The notes under the pieces were generated by a model. That model was given only the letters and a program-made list of their open reading frames with translations, ran no database searches and was not told where the DNA came from. A DNA stretch of 59,462 bases, counting the filler, from Sphacelaria rigidula (lineage: Eukaryota), in assembly GCA_964200075.2 (NCBI GenBank). It is 10 parts of 10 records of this genome, joined end to end, with 100 filler letters (N's around TTAATTAATTAA, not from the genome) between each part and the next. Parts side by side here need not be neighbours in the genome. Positions count along the whole stretch, not along the records: positions 47,651 to 53,506 come from CAXNAA020023946.1; positions 53,607 to 59,462 come from CAXNAA020023947.1; 8 more parts are not named here. One strand, written 5' to 3'. The first letter of the stretch is position 1. Every line of letters starts with the position of its first letter. The position numbers and the translations under genes were made by a program. Positions 48,136-59,462 of the stretch are shown here, piece after piece.

Positions 48136-51100
48136 AACCTGGTCGTTGTTGGGGCAAATCCCTTTGCCAAAGGGAGTTTTTTGGAGGGAAAATCCCCTCA
48201 AGCACTTACTTCACACTGCACACTGTAGGTCTATCTGTAGGTACGATCGCTGTGCTAGCCCAAACAGTACTACCGAACTGGAGCACGATGGGAAGCTCTC
48301 ACGAGATAGACACCACTGCAACCGCCTATAGTGATGTACAGCTGTACTGCCCTCTACTACCATGGTATTTGTTGAATACACGAACGGACTCCCGAACGCC
48401 ATCACCCGACGGAGACAATTTACCGTGGAATAACTTGACTGCTCATAGGAGTCACAAGACGGGAGCCCGATGTTGTCGATTCTACACAATCGCTACAGTA
48501 CCACTATCGAGGCACGCTGCTCCCAGGTCCATGCATTGTGAAGGGACAAAACTCAATACGGAGCGGCATGGCAGGACGACTCACGCACAGGATGCGGTAC
48601 AGCACCGTACAGCAGTCAATGCTAATGCAAATAGGAGGCAACGGCTGTTCTTCATGTTTTGCGACCAGGGTCCATTTTTCGATTTTCTGTGGACTCCAAA
48701 GTGTAATAATATGTGTCAGTTTGAAATAAACGGGCGTGGCTCACCTCCCACAGATAGGGGTAACTGAGAGTAAATTAAAATATCTTCGCGCGAAGCGCGA
48801 TTATGGCCGAGCGTTTGAAAATCGCCACTGGGCGAAAATTTAGGACCCAACCGAGATCAGGGAAAGAACTATCGAATAGGGCATGTCCTGTACCACTGTG
48901 CTGCAGCACAAACACACTCATGCTCTGTCTTGTGTGCTGTAGGTGTCGCTGCGTTGTGGCGTCTTCAGGCCTTTGTGGAGACGGTTTGATCTCCGCTGGG
49001 AGTGCCTGAGTTGCTTTATATTGTCATTCCGTGCGTCTCTATGAAAACAATGTTGTCGGCACGCAGTGCTCTCGACACACCGTTGAAACGCTCATAGCGT
49101 GTTGGCTGTTGCGTCTCGAGTCAAAGGAATAAGGCGCTCCCCAAACCCATGATTTCTATGCTGTAGTTCTCGCTGTGCTGTTGGGCATCTAAACACTCTA
49201 CGACGATCACGGTGCGATGTGCACTAAAGAGTGCCTGAAGAGTTGCGCTGCTGCATGCCGTGTTTCGGGCTGCACATAGTTGAGGTGGGATCAAGGTGCT
49301 GTCCAAACAAAGAAAGGTTGAAACTATCGTCACGTGACGGCGGTACAGCTGTCTGTTGAGTCTTCTCTGATACTTCAGTTATAGTCGGGTGCTGTGATCG
49401 GGGAAGACACGCCAGGCGGGTGCGTGCAGGTTGGGACGAACAAACTAAGCCAGCATGGAGCTGCTGTATCCTCGCTTATTGCCGGTAGCAGCTGTCTGTG
49501 TCGCAGCGGCCCAATGTGTGGACCAACCAAAGCTGTTTTTTCACTCATCTCCCACTCATATCTCTCATCTGATTGGAGGGAGGACGTCGCATTTTGGTGT
49601 ATTTGAAGACTCTGATTGATCGAGGAACCTTGCAACTCATAAATCTTGCCCCTATCTGTGTGTGGGCCCAGTGCCGTGCTGAATGCGTCACGGCCCGCCC
49701 GTCAAGTGTGATGCCAGGCTCATTGTTGGGTGGTATGGCGGTGGCCATTGCGACGACAAAGTCAAATTGTGTGAAAGCGACCAGAGTTGCGGGCCGTGCG
49801 GTGCGACGGCATTTGTGCGGGGGCCCGGGAGGGTAGAGGCGAGGGTTTTGGTGTAGCGCGATGGCGCCGCTGTGCAGGGGCGTCATCAGTATTGTTGTGG
49901 CGGTGCTGTACGACAACACTCATTTCAGGTTGTATTAGTCACCGGACGATGCGATGCATTGAATTATTTCGGTGCGTTTTCAAGGCACACGGCGGCTGGG
50001 AGATCATTGCGAGGGACGAGGAGGCACGCATCACATGTCGAGTTTTGCGACATGTATGCTCGTGCGGTGTGCACGGCTTGCCACCGCGAAGCGATCACGC
50101 GCGCCGACGACCCCCTTTTTCGTCTCCTTTTATTTTCGTTCTTGTGATGTGTTTTTTCTCTCCTGTTTTTGTATCCATTTGTGTGATTTGTTTGTAGCAC
50201 GACTGCTTATTTTGATAGATCGCTCTGCTTCACATCACACTTCTAATTTTCATATCCTTTCTTACATTGGAATGGAATAGAAAAGGGACACAAGAGACAG
50301 ACGCCCTCAATGAAGAAAAGCAAGAACGGCATACAAGCAGAAGAAGGGCTGGAAAGAGAGTAAGAGCCATTGATTGACGATGACAATTCTTTCGCGCATC
50401 GCACCACGCAAATTCCAGACATTATCCTTCTAGTCCGAGTGACGTCCTTCCACGTGCGCAAGGGTGCACAGGAAGGCGGAGCTGAGACCGGAGTCGTCGC
50501 TCGGCAGGTTCCCGCTAGGTTCTCTCGATTTACCCCTGACCACTACTTGTAGATCCGTCTTGACGTACACGTACAACACGTGTCTCCCGGAATGCCAGTG
50601 GGCATCGAACGAGGCAAACGCGCCAGTGCCACCCCCAGTAGTGCAATCGTACTTCAGCCATTTTCCCTGCAAACGGAACTACGTGACGTAGTGGGCGCCC
50701 ACCCAGATGAGTTACACAACCGAGATCAAGGAGTGTTCTACGCCCTAAATAGAGAGTGTCGGACGCGTCGGGGGGAACGCCAACGACTGCGTCGACGGCA
50801 GCAGCACTCGACGAAATTAAAAGGCGGTCGGGGGCGTTGATAGCCGAGAAAGGCAGGAAATTCCAAAAACACATGTCCGATGGGATGATCCCGCATGAAC
50901 AGTGAAGGACAAACTCTCGCCCCGAGGTAAGAAAAGTCAAAACAAGTACCTCCCAAAAATGAATCAACCACGGCGGCCTGCAGAGTTCTACTATTTCCGT
51001 GAGGAACCATGAAGATAGCTGGGTCACGCGAAGCCGCAGATTGCTCGGGCGTTATCGTCCGCAGACTGTGGTTGTCTACGGAGCAAGTAACGTAGCGCCT

Positions 51101-51825
51101 CCACGAGATCCCTACAGATTCTCGCGTAAGCAAAACCAGTTGGAGGTTGCTGGCGCGTGTCCGGCCAGTTCGTTGGCACGTGAGGCTTGCGTCTTTGTCA
51201 AATGGCTTCCAACACGCTCGCCGTGTCGCCTACTTGATCACCGCTTCCGGGTAAACCGCTGTCTGACATGACGAAGTCGCGCGCTTCTGCCAGCTTCACC
51301 CGGTGAAGGTTAGTTGGCATTTGGGAGAGTTGGACGATGAAAGAGAGCTACGTAGCCGAATCAATCCCAGGGTGCTTGAATTCAGGAAGTGCGATCTAGT
51401 GAAAAATCTACCCGGCCAGTCAGAAAGGAAGAATTCGTCCGGTCGGTCAAAATAGAACCGCAGAATTGCAGAAGGCCATCTGCAGAAGGCCTTCGGCGTA
51501 CCTTTCCCAACTCCGTTGCCTCTTTAGGGCCAAGCACCTTTGATCCATCGACTCTTTAGGGCTCTGAGGGCGTTTCTTAGCACTTTTTTCGATCGATCGA
51601 ATGTTTTTTTGCCGATCTCATAGGCCCACCGCATTTACGTTCCTTGAAGGCTTCAACTCAAAATTATAATTAGCGGCGCGCGGAGAAGAAAGCAACGAGG
51701 TATAAAACAATCGTTTCAGATTAAAAACTTGCGGTCGAAAGGCACGAAGCGGCATTTGAATCGTATATTACAAATAGGCTTCTACTTGTTATGCTAGAAA
51801 GGTCCTTTTTTCATGCTAGTAATGT

Positions 51826-52022
51826 AGAGTTTCGGAAAACGCTTTTTTTTCATTTCAGAGTGCAAATATCTCAGGAGCAGAGTGCAGAATAATAAAAAAC
51901 AACTCATCGAAAAGAAGTCGAGGGGATACCACATTTGACGGAGAGGGGAATAATTTTTCGTTACACTCTGATCCTGAGATACTTGCACTCTGAAATGACA
52001 AAAAAGGGCTTTTTGAAACTCT
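51826..52022. mobile_element. ~200-bp palindromic MITE
   Basis: catttcagagtgcaaatatctcaggagcagagtg pairs with cactctgatcctgagatacttgcactctgaaatg. Confidence 0.75.
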
Positions 52023-54697
52023 CTAATATCACCAAAAAATAATGCTCGTAAAATGGAGATTATGCTCGATTTATGCTCGCAACGTGGAATTTATGCTCGA
52101 TCTTGCTCGTAATATCCAATAAGGGTGGCATTCTCGACCAGATACAGACCCACCGTCACTACATGCATGTTATATATATATATACATACACGAAGAGCCA
52201 TGCTACGATAGGGGGGGTGGGGGGTGTTCGATTCCACGAAAAATTGTGCTCATAGATGCATCAAATGGCCTACAACACTCGCGGTGCGCGTGTATTTGGG
52301 TAAAAGCGGTGTAAAGCAGTATGAAAAACTTTGCCGAATGGACTTGGGTCCGAAAAATCAATCCGCGGGAGAAAATCACCTGTAGACGGACTGGCATCCC
52401 ATTAGTTGCATAAATCGAGATTCGTTGCCATAGAAGTGGGTCCAACACCGATCATAATTATTTTGTTGTACTGTAGGGCAGGATGCTGTAAACGTAGGCG
52501 GCGATACGTTATTTGCTTCAAACTACCGGGAATCGTGAAATCGTTTTTTCTTGGGGAACTTCTTCAGGGCTATCGCTTGAAGAACAAAAATATGTTGATC
52601 GTTGATAGTTGCTGCGGCATGGACAACAGGATATTAGCTGGGCGTTCGAGTGTAATCCTGTCATGAGAGTGTGTATTGCGTGATGACTACCGTTCACACC
52701 CGCCGCAGCCCATGCGCAGGAACACAGTGCATCCGGGGAGATAACGACATCTGGATGCTCTGAGTACTCTACACGACCGTATACCCGCAAGTAGGGAAAC
52801 TTGTGAAATCACACCATCATCGTACTACAAGTAGCGTTGTCTGCTGTCTGCTGTGCGGACGGTACACTATGTACAGCGGGCAACAGACGACAGCAGTACA
52901 GAAGTACTACTGTACAGGGCCTTTGGTGCTCTGAACAGTTGACAAGTGATGCGATACAGGAGCACTCCCGCTACTCGTGCTGTCACTTGGATACCCTGCA
53001 CAGTACACAGACACAGCGCACGGAGAGCGTGGTGTCTTGTACAACAGCAGTGCAACAACAACAGTATGATATGACTGTATTCTCGATGGCAAGCAGTTGA
53101 TGCACACTGTATACAGTCCGTGTTGTCAGAGCATACACACAATCAAGCATGCGCGGTGCTTAGCTGACCAATAAGACAAGACGATTGTTTGCTCGTCAAT
53201 ATCGAGCAGAGAGTTTATCGCCGCAGGCGTGCGGTCTTCTGCCCTACAAGATGCTTTCCTTACTGCCCTGCCGTGGATTACTGTGAAGTGCGCCTGGCCG
53301 CTGTTTCGTGTGTGCAGCACTTCGATTCGAAATTGGGTATACCGTGGGTTGGTTCTGGACACTCATTCAAACAGCATATAATATGATAAATTTCCCGTCA
53401 GTGTTATATCAAGTATATATTTTCCTTTATCTACAGGCAGTCAGTCATGGCTCATACGTCAAAGCTGTGTCCACGTTGTCCACGCTGTGTTTCATCAGAA
53501 AAATTGNNNNNNNNNNNNNNNNNNNNNNNNNNNNNNNNNNNNNNNNNNNNTTAATTAATTAANNNNNNNNNNNNNNNNNNNNNNNNNNNNNNNNNNNNNN
53601 NNNNNNTCAACATCGGGGTATAAGTGGACCCAAAAGGGCCAAAATGAGGTATATTTTGATATGATTGTAGTATTGAAAACAAGATTTTTTTTCCTTTTTT
53701 AACTCAGTCAGCTTCGTCTGTACGTTATCTCTCTCAGGAGCCCAACTGTAGCATGATCGTGAGCATCGAAATACCCACACGATTAAACGTCCATAACGAT
53801 ACAGACTTATGGGACAGAGGAAGTATATGTTCAACAGCATACCTCCCGCGTCGTGGGAAATCGACATTCGTATGTAACAGGGTCAGTACAGTATATAGCA
53901 CGTCCTGCGCGTGTTTTGGCTGAAATAATTTCATGTCCGGGTGGCGGAAGAGGAGGGGAACAAAGAAACAGGGTATACGTAGGGTTCACGCAATGTACCG
54001 ATACCTTCCACGTGTTCGGGGGCACCGCCACTTGTCTGCGGCAGGCCAAAAGATTCGATATTACTCCCTTAGAGTGTAATTTGGGAGGGGATGCATTGAT
54101 TTCACCCCTGGGTAGGAAACTAGTTGTTTATTCTTTGATTTTCTCCCGCTGTTTCTAGTTGAAATCTCCTCAAAATAACTGGATTATGGTGAGGGGCATC
54201 GCGGTTCATACGGTGTAAATCAACATGGCAAATACCCCCCCCCCCCCCAAACTACGGTAGATATCACCCACCTAGGATAGGTTCTTACCCTTCCGCCTTA
54301 CCATGCAGCCCCCACCCAAATTCAAGTCGATAGGTCAACGTTCGTTATATACGGTATGGTGCAGCATTCTGTTTCATGTGCCCTGGATTAACTTATACTG
54401 TCATGAGTTGGAATGTGATAAACTCGACAATTTTGAAAAAATGATAGGTCTTTTCCTTGGACCTCCCGCAAGGTATCGTGGTCCATCACATACAACCCAA
54501 TTCCATGGCCCAGCACGAAATACAAATGTGCGCAGAGGCAGATACATACATATACAGGCAGGGCAAGGTGTTTGCACAGGATGACTGGCGGTATGGCAAC
54601 AGAGACTATGTCGGTACTCCGACATTGTACCGTACATGCTACAAGCAGCCCTCCTGTGAGGTGTGCATGCCAGCGTAAGATCTACGGCTACTGTCAC

Positions 54698-54817
54698 CTG
54701 TTGCTGGATAACGCCAGATCCGTAGGCGAATGCGAACTCCACGGCGGGAAATACGGAGACAAGCTCAATCAGCTCATCATTAGAGAGGTATTTGCTCAGA
54801 TTCGGGTCTCCTGCCAT
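54698..54817 (-). CDS. TAM41: Mitochondrial phosphatidate cytidylyltransferase Tam41/Mmp37, exon 1
   Basis: MAGDPNLSKYLSNDELIELVSVFPAVEFAFAYGSGVIQQQ contains the FAYGSGV.Q signature. ATG start, CAG|gtga donor, 120 nt. Confidence 0.88.
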
Positions 54818-55213
54818 AGCGAATGTGGGAGATGTACAGAGCACAGCACGGCATGGCAGACAGACAGAATCGCAACATTCGCTCGTCTCTCAGACTCCTG
54901 TCAATAGACGTGTTTTGGAGGCTGCAGAGAGACCAGACCACATATTACTCGGAATTTTTTTTATTCAGTGCATCCATATCCTTTCTCCACAGGCGGTTCC
55001 TCGAGAGAAATGAATTACATAAAATATAGCTCCTTGTGCTCCGGGCTCCATGAACAAAAGAATCACTGTGCATTATGACCACATACAAAAGAGTACTTGG
55101 GGCTTGTCAATACAGAACCTGGAACATTGAACATCTAGTCATTTTGATTGACTGTAAATATCGACGTGATCTGCAACACACTGTGTTGGATAGCTGAAGC
55201 CCAGTGAGTACTT

Positions 55214-55315
55214 ATGTATGTCAGATTATTAGGAGCAGCATTATTGCTTCTTCTGCTGCGTTCTGGGGAGGAGATAGTGGCAAGGGCAGTAGAGCAAGGT
55301 GACGAGGACGATAAG
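55214..55315 (+). CDS. Putative exon 1 (signal peptide) of an uncharacterised repeat protein
   Basis: MYVRLLGAALLLLLLRSGEEIVARA has a basic N-terminus and a hydrophobic core. AAG|gtgaa donor in phase 0. Confidence 0.55.
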
Positions 55316-56066
55316 GTGAACTGTGAAGAAGAGAAGATCACTGCTAATTTGATATTCAAATATTTGAAAATGCCTAGGAGTACAGTACCAGTAGGGAGGA
55401 GGGAGGAGGGAGGAGGGACGGAGGTAGTGTTCCGGGCTTGTTTGAGACGAGCAAGTGCGCGGAATCCACGAAAGACATATCCAAGTAGAAATATTCGTTG
55501 TGCTTCGGTGCTCGTGCGTGACTTTCATCGTAAGTCATGAATCAATCCTAACCTGTGTGCTGGTGAATCTCCCACAAGAGCGGACAAATCATCAGCGAAG
55601 ATGATCGTATCTCGTCATGGTTGATACGTTGATACTCCTCTTGACACGTGGCGGTCACCCAGATCATTTTTTGGTCGGGTCGGGTCGGGTCGACGTCAGT
55701 TGTCTCCCTGCTGGCACCGCCAAGGGCGCTCACTACGGCTGCAGCGGTGGTATCGAGACTGTAGAAGTTATTCGTTGTAAGGCCTCGACTGTGACAATAT
55801 AGAGTTGAGTAATCCGCTGCAAAACCAAGTATCGACCTTGACTGCCAGGTGGCTCATCTGCGGAATCGTCATCAGTTACATTTACATTGCCATGACGAGT
55901 GTGAGACCCAGATGATCCATCCTGGCTGTCGGAGGGTTGGATCCACTCTTCACGGCAATGCGAGGAGCGCTTGACTCAATTTTCTACGGCACGAATGCTG
56001 CTGCCCACCGTTTGCCTCTTGTTCCTCGATTGATCGCCCTCGGCGGATCTCGCCTACATTGCGTAG

Positions 56067-56198
56067 CGCGCACCAAGGGAAAATGGGGACGAGCAAAAGG
56101 GTAGCGTAAGCTTTTTCAAGCGAGCTCTTCATGAGGTGAAGCGCGTGGGCGCGGCCGTTGACCCCGATACGGTGGCCGATCTGAAAAAGGCGTGGAAG
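56067..56198 (+). CDS. Exon 2 (RAPRENGDEQKGSVSFFKRALHEVKRVGAAVDPDTVADLKKAWK)
   Basis: tag acceptor, AAG|gtgagt donor, 132 nt open, phase 0/0. Confidence 0.7.
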
Positions 56199-56666
56199 GT
56201 GAGTGCGATCACGTTCTTCGCTATTTCTTTATTCGTTCTGTGGTACCTCATCCTCATTCTACACTATTTGGTGGTGCGGCAAGATTCGGCTCTGCTGATG
56301 GCGGCATTTCGATGACCGCAGGAGAGTATGGACTCATGAAACATGCAACCGAGCAGAAGTGACCTTGTGCAAGTTGCTGTTCGCGGATTATGCATGACGC
56401 ATTCCGCCTGCGGCACGATTGCAAGTGCACGGTGCTTCGCACTTCACGGAGTGAAGATCAGTACGCCGTCCTCGACCTTGTCACCCCCCTTGGTGTTCAG
56501 CGATTATGAGAAATTGCGTTATATTTGACTCACTGCGGATATCAAGTATAGTGGTGTCCCCATTACGCCGTGTGCGCAGTGCGGCTCCATTTCCACTAGG
56601 CTTCTTGCAAAAACGCTTGTCATTTTATCCCGCTGTCGCACATGCGTCTCGAAATTTTTATGCCAG

Positions 56667-56786
56667 GATATCCGAGATGTGACGCCAGAGATACAGGAAG
56701 CGGCAGATGGACTAGCCCAAGCAAAAGACGAAGTCTTGGCGGCCGTTGGCCCCGACACGGTGGCCGATCTGAAGAAGGCGTTGAGG
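56667..56786 (+). CDS. Exon 3, chimeric duplicate (DIRDVTPEIQEAADGLAQAKDEVLAAVGPDTVADLKKALR)
   Basis: ccag acceptor, gtgagt donor, 120 nt, phase 0/0. Confidence 0.75.
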
Positions 56787-57228
56787 GTGAGTCCGATCAA
56801 GTTCTTCGCTTAAATTCTTGTCGGTTTGTGGTACCTCATTCTCCATCTGCGATATATACGGTACTGGTACGGCAGGATTCGGCTCTGCTGATTGCGGTAT
56901 TTCGATGACCGCAGGAGAGTATGAACTTATAAAACATACAACCTGGGTAAAAGTGGCCTTGTGCGAATTGCTGTTTGCGGACTGTACATGACGCATACCG
57001 TCTGCAGCACGATTGTAAGTGCACGGTGCTCCACACGTCACGTGGTGAAGATCAGTACCCCATCCTCGACCTTGCGTTTACTCGTAGCGATCATGAGAAA
57101 ATGTGTTGTATCTACTCTCTGCGGAGATCAAGTATGGTGGCGCCCCACTTACGCGTGTGCGACTCTGTTTCCACGGGGCTTCTTGCAGTGCGCCCGTCAT
57201 TTATCCCGCTGTCGCACGTGCGTCGCAG

Positions 57229-57450
57229 GATATCCGAGATATGACGCCAGAGGTACGGGAAGTGGCAGGTGAGCACGCCCGAGCGAAAGACGAAATATCG
57301 GGGTGGAAGAAGGGAGCCAAGGATATTTTGTCGGGTGTACAAAATCGAGGGGCCAATGATGGAGCACGGGCATCGGAGGACGGTCGCAACGAGGGACTCG
57401 CCCAGTTGGCAAGGGATGCGGCTACAGCGGCAAAAGGACTTGTAGGCGAC
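57229..57450 (+). CDS. Exon 4 (DIRDMTPEVREVAGEHARAKDEISGWKKGAKDIL...AAKGLVGD)
   Basis: gcag acceptor, gtgagt donor, 222 nt, phase 0/0. The gene continues downstream. Confidence 0.75.
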
Positions 57451-59462
57451 GTGAGTTTTTACTCGGTACTTCCGCAGGCATGACTGGTCCAACAGCTAAC
57501 GACACGTGCACGGCACATATTTGGAGTGAGAAACATGGATGTAAATGAAGGTGCAATCACGGACTAATTCGGGACACTTGAGCGCATCCTGCCATCTTCA
57601 GCCACAATACAAGTTGGTCGCAACAAGAAGCGTAAAATTTCTTCGCCGTAACCCCTCTGGCGATATACATAGATTAGCTTCGGCATATCAGAGATGCTCT
57701 TGACGCTCGGGGCTGGGCGAACACAGTGTCGTAATTCGAGTCGCGCAGCGATGTGTTCTTGCAATATAATGCCCGTATCCGCCATGACACCCAGCCGTTA
57801 AATATGGGGCGAGCGCTGTCCGTACTTTTTATATTGTATTTGGTGTACCACACAGACTATTCTGATTTGATGAGATGTGAAATACTGAAGACTCAAGGAC
57901 CATTTCAAAGCTGGTTTGAGTGTCTACTTCGTCGCCACTCTTGAGTAATGAGTCGGCGTGGTTTCCCCCCGTTGAACACTTGTGGTAGTGTACGGGGCAC
58001 GTTCCCGATGATCCTGCAGTCCGGTAATTCCGATCCTATGGATAGCATCGATGAGAGGTTACTCCCTAAAATCAATAATTTGCCAGCTGTATAGCCTCCA
58101 CGAGAGTCTCTCTAGGACCAGCAGCCTTCGTGTGCTCCACACGGCATCCGTTACATTAGACTCGAGAAGTAGAGTACGGATACAGCACCCGCGGAACCTA
58201 GCCTTCCGTCGGAACATCGTGCTTGCAGGAACATGAAGGGTGGTTCCGGAATGACTTTGAATTCAATCCCCCTCCCCCACACAGTTTTTGGTGTTGTAAC
58301 CTGAAACCTTTGCACACAGGCACGCACACATGGTACGCAAAACCGTACTCGAGCTCTTTTTTTATATTTTGCCCTTGGGTCGAGTCGCCGTTCAGTAGGT
58401 CGGGTGATGACCGGTGAGTACAAAAAATATGGAATGCTGGGTGATTTCAACTCCAGATGCAAAAATAAGTAAACCACTCCAGTACGGCTGTTCACACCAC
58501 GTGTCCCAACAGGGCCGCAGATATTCATGTCATGAGGGCGTGTCGAGGCAAAAATAATCCGATCGACTGTCGAAATCGGCGGGAAACCGGGTGCTGGTTG
58601 GCTACTTCGAACCGCAACCAAAATCCATAAGATCTCCGAGCGGTAGAAAGGTCCTAACCCTTGGGTGAAATCGATAATATGAGTAGTTTGGGTCAAAACA
58701 CGATATAAAAAGCTTGCGTAGTCGTCCGTGCGCGTCAGAATTTTTCGAGTTGAAGACTGCATCTAACACTTGAGGGCATGCAGCATGGGGCATGCATCAT
58801 CACGTGCTGACTACCGCAATAGAACACATACACCCTCATTTACAGATAGTCTGAGTACGCTGGGGCACAACGTGCTTTGATCGAATGCGTTTTGTCCTAC
58901 CTGGGGCGAGCATCAACGACGTGTGCAAACGAGTACAAAATATTTCCGCCCCGACGGGTGTAATTTGGGCACTAGAGTGCTTAACGGTCTGGCGACAACA
59001 GTGACTGCCGCATATTTTCTTGACTCGAAGCCGGAACAAGTGCATCGCCTCTGGTCGAGTAAGAGTCACGGGAAGGGATATCAAGCACTGCCTCGGGAAA
59101 TATAGTAGTTACTTTCTCAGTCAGCCCTTGAAGCGCATGGATCAATTGTCGTGCTTCGGTAGTTGGTCATGACCTTGAATCTCGTACATCTCAAAAGATT
59201 TTTTTCACTGCCGATGCCGCATCGAACTGCTACGTCGAAATTTAGAATCGACTGTTATTCCTATTTCGATTATTGGTATTATGAAGACACGCTCCAACTT
59301 CAAAACTGAGAGGGTTAGCAAAGTGGGGTGGAGTATTCTTGTTTGGCCTTCGGGATCAGCTTGTACGGGTGCGTCGATGGAAGGACCCCCCTCCCCCCCT
59401 GCTCCGTCTCGAAAGGGATGCGTGGTCAATCGTCAAACGACTAAGGCAAGCAAAAAATCAGT

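Larger units (their letters stand above)
5858..53606. other. Nine artificial 100-nt contig spacers (N44-TTAATTAATTAA-N44) at 5858-5957, 11815-11914, 17771-17870, 23727-23826, 29683-29782, 35639-35738, 41595-41694, 47551-47650, 53507-53606
   Basis: The same spacer, which carries stops in all six frames, appears every time. The intervening contigs are all 5856-5857 bp, consistent with length-sorted unplaced contigs being concatenated. Confidence 0.97.

Overview
Eukaryotic, intron-rich, transposon-dense DNA. It is probably from a brown alga or related stramenopile; this is an inference from the axonemal dynein, the multidomain acetyl-CoA carboxylase, the long introns and the retrotransposon types. 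The window is not one locus. It is ten contigs of 5856-5857 bp joined by an artificial 100-nt spacer (44 N + TTAATTAATTAA + 44 N), so nothing can be inferred across the gaps. Host genes supported by splice sites and protein motifs: three exons of an axonemal dynein heavy chain, three exons of the acetyl-CoA carboxylase central domain, exon 1 of TAM41, exon 1 of a PARP-type zinc-finger gene, and a signal-peptide gene head-to-head with TAM41 that has grown by tandem exon+intron duplication. The rest is mobile DNA: a decayed Ty3/Gypsy element; an internally deleted Gypsy with near-identical LTRs; a chromodomain+LTR fragment nested in a long-TIR MITE; piggyBac-type, hAT-type and 4-bp-TSD MITEs; a tRNA-derived SINE family; LINE 3' ends; and probable Academ-like and Penelope-like fossils. 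I see no clear new multi-gene system. The best leads are the exon-duplicating secreted-protein gene, the non-autonomous LTR element, the cargo-carrying MITE and the Academ/Penelope fossils.
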